Positions 12,127 to 24,189 of a DNA stretch of 64,000 nucleotides are shown one piece after another. The notes beneath the pieces are model-generated. The model was not told where the DNA came from. It saw nothing but the letters and a program-made list of their open reading frames with translations, and searched no databases. Origin of the DNA: Naegleria gruberi. Taxonomy: Eukaryota. The translations under genes and the position numbers were made by a program. The DNA is taken from NCBI GenBank assembly GCA_000004985.1, contig GG738848.1, one strand, 5' to 3'. Position 1 is the first letter of the stretch; each line of letters opens with the position of its first letter.

Positions 12127-13410
12127 TTAAAAGTGAATTACAACATTTGTTGAATATTTCAATTTCTTGAGAGTCATCATTCCTTCCTCACTAATATTGT
12201 TTTGAGCAATCCGCAATGTTTTCAATTTTGTCAATCTAGTGAGTGATTTTGCTCCATCATCTCCAATGTCATTATTTCTAATATCGAGTTCAGTTAAATT
12301 TTCCATTGTACTAATTGATTTGGCACCTTTGTCACTTACAATATTGGAATCTATACATAGATTTTTCAACTGTGATATTTCACTAATTGATTTGGCACTC
12401 TTGTCACCAATATTATTTTCTTGAATAAAGAGACTAGTTAATTGTTTCATTGAGCTGAAAACCTCAGCTGATTGATCGCTAATAGAATTATATCCAACAT
12501 CCAAGTTGGTCAATTTCTTCAATTTTACAATAGATTCATCAAGTGATGATATCCTATTGAGAGACACTCTCAGAAACGTTAAATTTTCCAGCTTTGAAAT
12601 AGGCCCAATTGACCTAAGGCCATTGTTAGCACAATCAAGATATGTAAGATTGATCAATTCACTGATAGATTCCAACCCTTCATTATGTGGAATGCAAACA
12701 CCACAATAGCTAATATCTAGAATGGTTAAATTTTTCAATTTTCCAATTAATTTGGCACCATCTGAGTATAAACTATTTGAAGCAATGTGAAGTTCAGTTA
12801 ATTGATCAAGTTGACTAATCGATTGAAACACATCTTCATAGTCTATACAACAACCAACAGCGCAAAGTTTCTTTAGATTGGTTAGTTGTTTCAATTTTTT
12901 AAATCCTCCATTCCACCTATGACACTGTTTTCTATTAATATCCAGCTCAGTCAATTGTGTCATTTCAAAAACCCCATTGAGTGCATTGCTGTCTACATCT
13001 GCGTACAAATAAAGAGATTTTAATTGTTTCAATTGACTAATTGCCTTGATTCCATCTTCTCCAATTTTCAATCCGCTAATATCAAGTTTGGTCAACTGAG
13101 ACATCTTTGCAAATATTCCACAATACCTTGAACAATCCTTTGATCCGAATGTTTCCACATGAACACCCACAATACAATCTAAAAATTGACTTCTTTTCAA
13201 CAAGGATTCCATCTTGTTTGTTAATTTCTTCTTAAATTCAAGCAAAAATTTAGAATAATTTAGAATAATATTTAACCACTGTTTGGAAATAAAGGAACAA
13301 GTCTGCATGAGAAATTTAGAATCATCAATGTAGGAAATAATTTCGCAACAAATGTCATCAGAGAATATTTCATAACTCTGATCGGAACGTTGTGTTTTGA
13401 GTCGTTTCAT
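12127..13410 (-). CDS. F-box-like / leucine-rich-repeat protein
   Basis: The N-terminus IFSDDICCEIISYIDDSKFLMQTCSFISKQWLNIIL has F-box character. It is followed by more than 10 LxxLxLxxNxI-type LRRs, for example LTELDIRNNDIGDDGAKSL. Confidence 0.55.
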   Translation of the reverse strand: MKRLKTQRSDQSYEIFSDDICCEIISYIDDSKFLMQTCSFISKQWLNIILNYSKFLLEFKKKLTNKMESLLKRSQFLDCIVGVHVETFGSKDCSRYCGIFAKMSQLTKLDISGLKIGEDGIKAISQLKQLKSLYLYADVDSNALNGVFEMTQLTELDINRKQCHRWNGGFKKLKQLTNLKKLCAVGCCIDYEDVFQSISQLDQLTELHIASNSLYSDGAKLIGKLKNLTILDISYCGVCIPHNEGLESISELINLTYLDCANNGLRSIGPISKLENLTFLRVSLNRISSLDESIVKLKKLTNLDVGYNSISDQSAEVFSSMKQLTSLFIQENNIGDKSAKSISEISQLKNLCIDSNIVSDKGAKSISTMENLTELDIRNNDIGDDGAKSLTRLTKLKTLRIAQNNISEEGMMTLKKLKYSTNVVIHF

Positions 13411-13759
13411 TTTTTTAAATCAACCAACTTCTAGCCTTTGAAATTGATTATTGTAAAGATCAATTTGATCCCTCCCCACATCTTAGATGAAGTTTTATTC
13501 TTACTAGCTAGATTTTTGCACCAACATGAATCCAACAATTAAAACCATTTTTTCATTTTTTTCAATTTCAGAAAAAACTTTTCTTATTCTGCTCTATAAT
13601 TTCCATTCCTTTGTATTATACCCACCAACTCCTACTGACCTTTCACTCCATGTTATCTTGTTACCTCAATTCCCATACTGTCATCATCTCCTCAATTAAT
13701 TGATTGTTTGCCCACTGATGATTTATTCAAAATATATTTTAATTTCAACAAAGAAAAAA

Positions 13760-16700
13760 ATGGAGCTCCATACAATTAGCCATGCAAATAAGAGGCGAAA
13801 AATATCAGCAGCAGCTCTTGTAGTAGTGGTGATGATGGGTATCATGATGATGGCCCAATTATTGTCGGCTGAAAGGTTAAAGAGTGAGAAGAATTGGTTG
13901 GAAATTGCTAGAATGACAGCATCTTCATCATCCAACCTCCGAAGAAGTAATATGATGACAGCATCTTCAGTATCCATTTCGGGTTTGGATGGAGGAAGAA
14001 GAAAAATTACATTGGATGACGTCAAGACTCTCAAGAGAGATGGATTTTTAAATTTGGATGCTTTCAAGAGTAATCCTTTTGTTGCTGTTGATAATTCTTG
14101 GTTGCATGATTTGAATCATATGATTAATAGAAAGGATCAACAACAACATGTTATTGTTACATTGAAGAAGGATGGAAAGTTGAATAGCAATATTCTTTCT
14201 ACAATGATTGGCCAACAATCATTCACTGCCAATGTTGACATGACACAATTGGAAAGGTTAGTAGTAGAGGAAATTATATGATTGTCTAAATTTCTGTATA
14301 ATTTTGCTTGTCAAATTATTAATTAGCTTATTGATGGATGACAATGTGGAAAAGGTTGAATATTTTGACCCAATTTACAAGTTTGTCGTTTCTCAATTTT
14401 CTCAAGAAAATTCAGGCTCCCAACAATTAGATCTCGACATTAATGGAAATATAAAGGATACTATGCAACCAACACCATCTAAAAAGGAAAAGGATTGGAG
14501 ACTTACTTTCCAAGATAAAAATGGAGAAGAATTCGTTGTTTTGAGAGTTATTGCTGAAGAATTGACCAACGAAAGAGAATTGAATGGTTTGGAAAGAGTT
14601 TTCAATAATATCAAATCATCATCTAATGGTGCCATTTCTACTATCAAGAGAGCAGGATCAAAGAAATTCATGATGTCTGTCAAGAAGAGTCAAGCTCTTG
14701 CTCTTTCATATGAAATTTCCAAGATTTCTAACATCTTTTGGGTTGAACCAGCTCCAAGAAATGAAGTACACAATCATTGGGCTAAGGGTATCACTCAAAG
14801 TGGTTCTCCATTCGTTGAACCAGTTACTGCTAGAGGAATTACAGGAAAGGGTCAAATTGTTACTGTTGGTGACTCTGGTTTAGATCCAAACTCTTGTTTC
14901 TTCTATGATCCAGATCATGCTTGTCCATACACTAACGTAACCACCAATCTCAAAGTAAGCAACCACAGAAAGATTGCCTCTTACTGGTCTGCTATTGATG
15001 ATGTTTCTGAAGACGATGCTCACGGCACACACGTCAGTGGTACAGTTGTCTCTCAATCCATTGTAGGTTCACTCAGTGAACATGATGGTATTGCACCTGA
15101 TGCAAAGGTTGCCTTTACTGATGTTGGTTGTTCTGATCCAAAAGGTTGTACATGCAAGGGTACTCCTAAGGGATGTCCTTGCGATTTGATGGGTGGTGTC
15201 TGTAGTCCAAATGAAAATGCCATCTATCCACCTAATTCCATGTCTGAAGACTACTTCCCATATGCCTATAATTTAGGAAGTAGAGTTCACACAAACAGTT
15301 GGGGAGAATCATCTGGAGTTTTGGGATATAGTAGTGATTCAGCAGATATTGACAAATTTATTTGGGAACATAAGGACTTTTTAATCTTGTTCTCAGCTGG
15401 TAATAGTGGAAGTGCTTCAGGTTATTCTTCTGTTTCCACACAAGCTGACTCTAAGAACGTTATTGCTGTTGGTGCCTCAATGAATCCAGTCTCAAATTTC
15501 AAATATATTACAGATAATATTTTGGATATGGAATACTATACTACCAGATATGCTCAACAACTCATGAACATGTATGGTTGTCCACCTGTTAACGTCACCT
15601 CTTCAGATAGTTGTGATCAAATTTCATCATCAGTTCTCAAAGTGTGCAACTTTTTGAGAAATTTCAAGACTGAAGCCGATTGTTGCAGTACTGAAGGTGA
15701 ATATTGTTCTGGAACTGGATGTGGATGTAACTTTTTTGGACTTGGAAGTCAATGTTGTAGAAAGTGTAGATCTGCCAAATATGATTCAAACTTGTCTAAA
15801 ATGATTTACAATTCTGAAAATATTGCCTACTTTAGTAGTAGAGGACCAGCTTCTGATGGTAGAATTAAGCCAGATATTGTTGCTCCTGGCTATTTTATTC
15901 TTAGTGCTCGTTCACACAATACTCTCTCACCAATGACTTGTGCTGAATCTAGTACATCTGTTGCCAAGTCTGTTACTCAAATGGGAGGTACATCAATGTC
16001 ATGTCCGTTAACCGTACGTATTTATTTCTTAATATTAACAATATTCAAAAAATTTTAATTACTATTAATTCAATAGGCTGCTAATGCTTTACTTGTTAGA
16101 CAATACTATGTCGAAGGATGGCATTCAACAGGAAAGAATGACAGTTCAAAGGGATTTGCTCCATCAGCTGCTCTTATGAAGGCCACTTTAATCAACTCTG
16201 GTGTTCCATTGCTTGGTTATTTGGACTTCTCTGGAACTTACATTCCAATTCATGACACAAGTAAGGACCCATTCTTCAACCTTCAAAGCAAATACATCGA
16301 AGGTTTTGGTAGAGTTCAATTGGATCGTGTATTGATGTTTGATAATAGTACTAGAAAATTATTAGTCGGAAGAAAGGACAATATTAAGACTAGCTCCAAG
16401 ATTACTACAGAGTTTGGAGATCCAGTCATTTCCTCAACAGAAGATTCCCATACTTATTGTGTTGCTCCAAAGAGTTCTGGTAAGATGAATGATGTCAAGA
16501 TTACTCTTGTTTGGACAGATTATCCAAGTAATCCTGCCAGATCCAAGCACCTGATCAACAATTTGGATCTTGGTGTTAAGGTCAATCAAGATATTTACTT
16601 TGGTAATGCTGAAGAAAAGAATACTTTCGAAAGAGATAATACCAACAATGTTGAACAAGTTATCATTTCAAACACTGATTCCAGAATTGTTATCAATGTT

Positions 16701-17015
16701 GCTGCTTCCTACATTTTCAAGGCACAAAGTTATGCATTGGTTATTACTGGTGAAAATGTTAAATTTGACGAATGTACATCAAGCGATTACTTTGAATACT
16801 CTGCCACAGCCAAGAGCTTCTCGAGCAGTCTTGGAACTGGTATCAAAATCTTTGGATTTGATCTTGCCTTGGTTATGGTATTCATTGTTTTGGTTCTCCT
16901 CATTATTGCTGTTGCAGCCATCGCAACTTGTGTCTTTTCATTCTTTGTTTGGAAGAAACAAAGTCAACCTCAACAATTCGCACGATTGGAAGATGAAAAC
17001 ACTCGTGAATTGTAA
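13760..17015 (+). CDS. Subtilisin-like serine protease (S8 family), membrane-anchored, 3 exons
   Basis: Exons are about 13760..14256, 14327..16013 and 16077..17015. Catalytic triad motifs are VTVGDSGLD (Asp), HGTHVSGTV (His) and GTSMSCPL then AANALLVRQYY (Ser); the intron splits SCPLTV | AANAL. A signal-anchor-like N-terminus is present. A Cys-rich insertion, GCSDPKGCTCKGTPKGCPCDLMGGVCSPNEN, lies between His and Ser. The C-terminal TM helix LALVMVFIVLVLLIIAVAAIATCVFSFFVW is followed by a short cytoplasmic tail. Confidence 0.85.
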
Positions 17016-17166
17016 TCTTTAAACTATTTATTAAATTCAAAACAAACTTATTTATGATTTGATATGTATTTTACCATACCAATCACTACAAAATCTCTAG
17101 AAAACCTTATCAACAACCTTCACCTTGACAATTGCTAAGGATTTTTGAAGTTTGGTTTCCTTGATA

Positions 17167-19410
17167 TTACACATTTTTGAGAGGCGTATCCTGTATGTGT
17201 TCTTGTAAACTGTTGATAGCTTTCCACTCAATATATTGTTCTGTCCTTTGCAAACGTGAAAAAGTATCTCCAATATTGAACATGAGATCCAACATGATAA
17301 CTTTGTACAATTGTTGAATTGTCACACCACTTGCTCTTCGTGATGTGTTACCTCTTGGTGTTGCATCTTCCAGTGATACATTTTCCACTTGATTCGTCAG
17401 ATTTCTGCATGTTTCTACTAACTCTAAAAACTTTTCTTTGGTGCTATGTGAAATGTTAACTTCATACTTTGCGTAAGTTCTCACAAATTCCTCCTCAAAT
17501 TTCAACAAATCATTCAAGGAAACGGTCTTGTCCATTTGTGCAAAATTATTAGACCATTGCCTAATCTTTTCAAAGCACAGAACATTTTCTAAACTGTATT
17601 CATTTCTTGAGTATTCTGTCAATAATTCTCTGATGGAGGCATTGGTAGCCAAAAGATTCTCCAATTCACTTTGTTCTTTCTTTTCCACTCCTCTGAATCT
17701 AATCTTATTAACTATCTCCACAATCATTGAATTTCCTCCACAAATCATCAAGATACAAAAGCAGGCAACTGTATTGAGAAAACCACCAACTGGACCCAAA
17801 CTACCATCGATAGGTAATGCCAGTAAACCAATTACAATACCCAAAGCAATCAAAAAAATTAGGAAGAATGATATCAAATCAATTCTGATGTGGAATGGAT
17901 CGTCAAACAATAAGAATTTCATGATACCATCCTGCTTAATTTTCTTTCGATTCATAACCATATCAATGACAAGGGCTAACATGGCAATAAGGCAACCAAT
18001 AATGAAATAAGCAAAGAGATTGATGGTTCTGAAAATAACTGAAGTGCTACTGTCAGTAAAAAAGCAAAAAATACCATCAGATGATATTACAAGTGCCAGT
18101 CCAAATGAAAATAGTCCTGTGAAAACAAACCCAAATTTGGAAGAGGCCAGAAACCTGTGCATTTTCTTGTGGTTAGAAGTCGAAATGATTTGATACAAGT
18201 TTCTCAAGTACACAAATCGAATCACTGTAAATGTGTAAATGAGAACCCAATATATGGTAATAACCATGGCCACATAATGCACTGGAGCACTGCATACAAA
18301 CGACATGAACGATGTGAATAGAATAAACATGACCCAGCTCAGTAGTGGAATGTAAGGCACAAGCATACGTCTTTTGAGTGATGGCAATTTGAAACTTCCC
18401 GTAGAGAATAAACAAATAAAGTAAATGAGTGTGAGTGAAGTGTAAGCTATGATGAAATAGTCTCCATTAATGAAATTCTCTCCCAAACAGTTTGTAGTGG
18501 TACAAAAGTGACAAGTAGAAGGGAAGAGACGAGACATTACATAATCATTCGACCAATAAAGAGATGTCAAATTATTCAGTGCTAGAAATGATGCTTGGTT
18601 ACTTGTCAAGAGTGAAGTATCGTACTGAAGTGAAATATTCAATACATATTCCAATGTCTGAATATGCAACGGTGTGAACATGGAATACCCAGTTAAAAAC
18701 CTTAAAATTTCAGCATCTGCAATATTTGAATTTTCACAAGTCATTGGACTAATTTCAAAAACATTCTGAGATGCATTCACTCCCTCAATAGACATGCCAT
18801 TTCTATTCTTAATATAAACCATCGAGGGTATCAATGGAAATGGTTTGAAATCATACGAATTAATGAGACCATTTGCTGACTTGGTTTTCTGGTCTCCAAA
18901 ATAGTCCCTGTATCCTCTGACAAAGTACGTAAAATTGTACGTGTCCATCAACACTCCACCAAACGACTCAAATGGATTGATATTCCTTCCACAGGGCATC
19001 AATGTTGGATTGATGACAGTAGTGGAAATAATCCTGTCATGCGATGATGAAATATTGTTGAATGAGAGCCACTTGTTGAAATATCGGAGGTTATCTTGCT
19101 GGGATACTCCAATAGCCACTTGTTGATTGGTGCCAATAATCTGATTCTTCCCCAGGAATTGAACCAATTCATTGATGGTTGAATTTGACGAGGAGAAATT
19201 TGCGGCCAGAGGAGAATTGACCGAAACGAAGAGAGTCAAGAATGATTTCACGCCAACAATGATATCCTTCGCTATCAAATCTCTAACATCCACCAGAGAA
19301 ATCCCATCACCATTAGTGGCAGTGGCCAGCACAGTGCAAAGCAATGTTGGTGATGAACTCACAACCAACAAGACGAGTAGCAGAAAACCCACAAAAAACG
19401 GTGGGCGCAT
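17167..19410 (-). CDS. Seven-transmembrane protein with a C-terminal RGS domain (GPCR-like RGS protein)
   Basis: 747-aa single ORF. It has a signal peptide, an N-glycosylation-rich ectodomain of about 330 aa, and about 7 hydrophobic helices. The cytoplasmic RGS box is ELLTEYSRNEYSLENVLCFEKIRQWSNNF...FEEEFVRTYAKYEVNISHSTKEKF. Confidence 0.7.
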   Translation of the reverse strand: MRPPFFVGFLLLVLLVVSSSPTLLCTVLATATNGDGISLVDVRDLIAKDIIVGVKSFLTLFVSVNSPLAANFSSSNSTINELVQFLGKNQIIGTNQQVAIGVSQQDNLRYFNKWLSFNNISSSHDRIISTTVINPTLMPCGRNINPFESFGGVLMDTYNFTYFVRGYRDYFGDQKTKSANGLINSYDFKPFPLIPSMVYIKNRNGMSIEGVNASQNVFEISPMTCENSNIADAEILRFLTGYSMFTPLHIQTLEYVLNISLQYDTSLLTSNQASFLALNNLTSLYWSNDYVMSRLFPSTCHFCTTTNCLGENFINGDYFIIAYTSLTLIYFICLFSTGSFKLPSLKRRMLVPYIPLLSWVMFILFTSFMSFVCSAPVHYVAMVITIYWVLIYTFTVIRFVYLRNLYQIISTSNHKKMHRFLASSKFGFVFTGLFSFGLALVISSDGIFCFFTDSSTSVIFRTINLFAYFIIGCLIAMLALVIDMVMNRKKIKQDGIMKFLLFDDPFHIRIDLISFFLIFLIALGIVIGLLALPIDGSLGPVGGFLNTVACFCILMICGGNSMIVEIVNKIRFRGVEKKEQSELENLLATNASIRELLTEYSRNEYSLENVLCFEKIRQWSNNFAQMDKTVSLNDLLKFEEEFVRTYAKYEVNISHSTKEKFLELVETCRNLTNQVENVSLEDATPRGNTSRRASGVTIQQLYKVIMLDLMFNIGDTFSRLQRTEQYIEWKAINSLQEHIQDTPLKNV

Positions 19411-19857
19411 TTTTTTTTTAAAAATGAAAGCGGAACGAGAATAATGTTTTTGGAAAAGTTTGACACTTTATGAAGTAGCAAAGGAACAAGAAGGATTTCA
19501 ATGCATTATCGATACAATCAGTTAAAGAAGTATAATGTATACATGGGGTTTCTTGATAAATAGTTGAATGTAAAGTTTTTTCATGTTTATTCTCTATGAA
19601 AATCAATGTTGCTTTCCTGTATGTACACATTCGCATGATTGGAAGATGATAAATTATTCTCAAATGCATTTTTCCACCATTTCACAAATACATCAACTAA
19701 TTCATGCCATTTCTGTATTTCCAATTTTGGAAAGAGCAATCCTAATCTGGTTGTACTCAGACTCTCATTAAGATTTTAAAAAACTGTAGCCAATATTTCA
19801 TAATATCGTGTAAAAATTCAATAATTTTGTCCAAAATCTAATCTTGTTGCCAATAAT

Positions 19858-21048
19858 TCATAAACATTCGTCATTACTATTATATTTCAAGTATTGAGGA
19901 ACAATTCTTGACACCTCATTTAGTGTTAATTGTAAAACATCATTTCCAAAATCAATATCATTGTCAGTGTCCATTTCGTCTTCTTTTTCAACTGAAGAAT
20001 TTTCGTTGTCATCCAAAGATTTGATTTCATATGGTGATTCAGTTTTTACCATTTGAGTTTTGACTTTTTCAAAGTATGTCTTTCCAAACTTGTGACAATA
20101 TGATAAACTCACTTCCTTCTTTGTAATCTTTGTAATAGCTTCATAGATGGTCTTATCTGAGATTTGCTTGCAATTGACATCATCTCTTTGAGAATTAATT
20201 TCCAAAATGACAGAAGTAATTTCTTCAGCTGTTAATTTGGGAGATTTACAACCTCTTGAAAGTTTTTCTTTTCCAGTCAAACAGTTATCATCAAATTGTG
20301 CTAAAATTCTTCCTAATTGATGAATAGAAATCTTATTTTGTTTACAATATAATGATTTTGAACCGTATTCTCTTTGTGGATGGTTTGTGGTATATCGTTT
20401 CGCATGTATCAACATTTCTTCTCTGGACAGTTGAGTGTAAGAGTTCTTCACCTGTTTCCTCTTGAAAGACACTACCAAGGGCACTATAGTATTTGATTTA
20501 TCTGTTAAAGTACTGATGGAAAGCAGAGTATTTTCTGATGAATTGGAGGATTTATGAAAATTCTCTGCCTTCTCTGTCCAATCATTAATTAATTTTTCTT
20601 CTGCTTTTGAAATTTCATCTTCTTTCGGAGTTGTTGTTGTTGAAGATGATGATGATGAAGAATATAATTTAGTAATAATTTCTTGAATCAGTGTCTCTTT
20701 CAATGCTGATACCCCATGGTGTGTAACTTTAAATTCTTCCTTCAATAAATCTCTCAAGATTCTATTGGAGAATAGTCGTAACTTGTTTGCTGTTATTAAT
20801 TTCTTCTCGGCAACAGCTTCATCGTACACAATCTCTTCACTTTTCATTGTGTTGTGTTCGTGATGATCATCATTATTATTGGATTTTTCTTGTAATACTT
20901 GTTTTTTGCTATCATCTTGTGTTTGGCAAGTCCAATCGTTGAAATATAATGTATCAATGTTGTGGATATTTGCTAATGAAAGAACAACGTCGACGTTCTG
21001 TGGTGGAGTATTGTTGGATAGCTTAATAACCTTTCTAATTCTTCTCAT
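19858..21048 (-). CDS. Hypothetical protein (396 aa) with poly-Ser/Thr and acidic stretches
   Basis: Single ORF. No conserved domain recognised. Confidence 0.35.
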   Translation of the reverse strand: MRRIRKVIKLSNNTPPQNVDVVLSLANIHNIDTLYFNDWTCQTQDDSKKQVLQEKSNNNDDHHEHNTMKSEEIVYDEAVAEKKLITANKLRLFSNRILRDLLKEEFKVTHHGVSALKETLIQEIITKLYSSSSSSSTTTTPKEDEISKAEEKLINDWTEKAENFHKSSNSSENTLLSISTLTDKSNTIVPLVVSFKRKQVKNSYTQLSREEMLIHAKRYTTNHPQREYGSKSLYCKQNKISIHQLGRILAQFDDNCLTGKEKLSRGCKSPKLTAEEITSVILEINSQRDDVNCKQISDKTIYEAITKITKKEVSLSYCHKFGKTYFEKVKTQMVKTESPYEIKSLDDNENSSVEKEDEMDTDNDIDFGNDVLQLTLNEVSRIVPQYLKYNSNDECL

Positions 21049-21359
21049 TTAGTTTTTTTGATTGTTTTCGTCTTTTGAGAGGAAAATGTTCGAGTTTGTT
21101 TGCATCTTGGAAATCCACAAAAATCAAGAATTGTAAAGTGATACAATTTTTAAAATCAAATTGTTGTAAAAAAAATACTTTGATCCAATTTGAATAAAAA
21201 GAAAATCAAAGAACCTTGCCTAAATATATTGAAGACATAAATCAAAAAAGAATTTAAACTTTTATAATTTTTCTTCGAGTAATAAAGAAGGTATTTCCAA
21301 AATAGTGCAAATAATTAATTTGTAAATTACTATATCCATCCAATCTATAAAATGTACCA

Positions 21360-24169
21360 ATGACTGCAATAAATAAAATGGAAGAAAGTAAACGAAAGCC
21401 CTCCTCCCACGTATCATACTCAATGGGAACTCAAAACTCAACATCCAATAATGGAGATTCAACTTCCAATCACAAACGATCCCTTTCCACATCTAATTGT
21501 GTTTCTCCTCCAACCATCAGTCACTACTCAATGCTTCAAACCAAGAATGTCAAATCAAACATATCAAGAGAAATCCAACTCGATCAATTACAAGATCTTT
21601 CAAGTAGTGAATCATTTACAATGGGTGATTTAATCATTGTTTCCAATCGTTTACCAATGACCATCACTAGAAAGAAAAATTGTGATCATTGTGAACATCC
21701 ATTTAATTATCAGAAAAGTTCTGGAGGTTTAGTCACTGCTCTGACTGGAATGAATCAGGAATTCACATGGATTGGTTGGACAGGTTCTGAGGTTTCAGAT
21801 AAGAATGATCAGGATATTCTAAAGAGGGAATTATTGGAAGATTTCAATCAGTTTCCAGTCTTTTTAGAGAAGGAAGAGGCAACCATGTATTATGATGGTT
21901 TTTGTAATGGAGTATTGTGGCCTGTTTTTCATTACATGTATGAGAAGAATGTTACTTATAAACAGGAAGAATGGGATGCCTATAAGAAGGTGAATGAAAA
22001 GTTTGCTGATGCTGTGTTGAGTGTTTATAAGGAAAATGACTGTGTTTGGTAAGTTTGTTTACAACAACATTACAAAATATTTACAATGAAATTGTTAAAA
22101 TTGTTAGGATTCATGATTATCATTTAATGTTACTACCAGCAATTCTAAGAAAGAAGAAACCAGATATGAATATTGCCTTCTTTCTTCACATTCCCTTTCC
22201 ATCAAGTGAAATTTATAGAATTCTACCTGTCAGATCTCAACTTTTGGAAGGTTTGCTGTCAAGTAATTTGGTTGCATTTCACACATTTGATTTTGCAAGA
22301 CATTTCCTAAGCAGTTGCACAAGAACTTTGGGTTCAGATACAACTCCTAGAGGATTATTCAGCTCATCATCTGGACTCTTTGTTTCAGTTCATTCATTAC
22401 CAATTGGAATTGATCCACACACGTTCAGAAAGGAATTACACACTGAAGCATGCCAGAAAATCTTGTCAGATTTCAAGAATGTCAAGTATAAGGGCAAGAA
22501 GATTGTTTTGGGTATTGATCGTTTGGATTACACAAAAGGAGTTCAATTGAAATTTGCTGCCTTTGAAAGATTTTTAACAAACTTTCCACACAGAGCTCAG
22601 GATACAGTATTGATTCAAGTTGGTGTTCCAACACGTCCTAACGTTGTCGAATATCAAGAATTATTGAGTGATGTGAATGAAACTACTGGAAGAATCAACT
22701 CAACATTTGGCAGCTTGAATAATGGATTTCCTGTCCATTTCATTTACAAATCAGTTAATATGAGTGAATTATGTGCGCTGTATGCATTAGCTGATATCTG
22801 TTTAATTACATCCATTCGTGATGGTATGAATCTTGTCAGCTCTGAATATGTCGTTTGTCAAGATGAAGCAGTTCGCTTAGGATTAAAAGATCATGTAGGT
22901 GTTTTGATTTTGAGTGAATTTGCAGGTGCTGCCAGATCACTTGGTGGTTCTCTCATCATTAATCCATGGGATGTTGAACAAACTATGAAGAGTATTGCTG
23001 ATGGTTTGGATATGAAAATGTCAGAGAGAAGTGCACGTCACAAACATAACAATTCAATTGTCATGAGAAATACTGCAGCTCAATGGGGTAAAGATTTCAT
23101 GCAAGAATTTGAATCTGCATGTCGATATCAGAAAGATCCAACAGTGTTCAACAGATTGTCAGTTAAGGGGCTTCCAGTATTGAACTATGAAACCCTTGCT
23201 CAGGACTATATTCACTCAACTGCTTGTGGAAAGAGATTATTTCTATTTGATTATGATGGCACTTTGGTTAGATTGAACAAATTCCCATCTCTTGCTCTTC
23301 CTTCTGAAAGATTGTTGCAAATTTTGGAGAATTTGACAAGTGATCCAAATAATATGGTTTACATTATTACTGGAAGATCTGAAGAGCAAATGACTGAATT
23401 TGTTGGACATGTTAAAGGATTGGGAATTGCATGTGAACATGGGTTCTATTGCAGACATCCAAATCAAATAGAGTTTACAACATCTCTTTACAATATCGAT
23501 CCAGAATCTTTGGCATGGATTGAAATGGTCAAACCAATTCTCGAACATGTGACAAGTAGAACACCTGGATCATTCACAGAGGTAAAGAATTCATCCCTTG
23601 TCTTCCATTATAGAAATGCTGATCCAGATTATGGTGAATGGAGTGCCAATGAATTGAAACTCCACTTGGAAATGTCATTCAATTCACAACCATTGGAAAT
23701 TATTCGTGGAAGAAATAAGGTTATTGAGATTCGTCCACAATCTGTCAGTAAGGGTGCCTGTACAAGAAAGCTCATTGAGAAAGGCGATTACAGTTTCATA
23801 TTCTGTTGTGGTGATGATAATACAGATGAATCCATGTTTGAAGAAGTGGAAAGACATTCCAAGAAGAATATGTTAAGTAATCCTCAATCTCCATCCATTG
23901 GTTTGTCCTCATTTGGTGATCATGCAAGACCTGCCTCTACTTTCTCACCACTCAATCCTACTACTGGAACACCTCAATCACCAAAATATTCACCAGCCGT
24001 TGGAGGTTTCTCTGCAAGGAATATTGCAAATATTACTCCAAAGACTGTCTACTCTGTGGTCATTACGAAAGGCACTGAAAAGATTGCAAGTAAGGCAAGA
24101 TATCAGATTAGAGGAGTGGATGGATTGTTGGATGTGTTGGAAGACTTGAATAATGAGCAATGCGTGTAA
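21360..24169 (+). CDS. Trehalose-6-phosphate synthase / trehalose-6-phosphate phosphatase fusion (GT20 + HAD), 2 exons
   Basis: Exons are 21360..22048 and 22108..24169, joined at ...NDCVW|IHDYHLMLLP. TPS motifs are LIIVSNRLP, SSGGLVTALTGM, WIGWTGSEV and HDYHLMLLP. The HAD phosphatase motifs are LFLFDYDGTLV and CCGDDNTDESMF. Total length is about 916 aa. Confidence 0.9.
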
Positions 24170-24189
24170 TGAAATGGTAAATTGAAAAT

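Noticed and set aside
14304-16058. ORF 14304..16058 listed as a separate 584-aa protein starting with M
   Set aside because: Its M is a TTG codon. The ORF is exon 2 of the subtilase gene, joined to 13760..14256 by a GTTAGT...AATTAG intron and to exon 3 by a GTACGT...AATAG intron. It is not an independent gene.
17528-18010. Numerous 60-160 aa ORFs antisense to or overlapping large genes (for example 17528..18010, 23243..23548, 28249..28533, 33243..33545, 38714..38941 and 50405..50740)
   Set aside because: They lie entirely inside well-supported genes on the opposite strand or in another frame. They have no motifs and low-complexity composition, which is typical of chance ORFs in AT-rich coding DNA.
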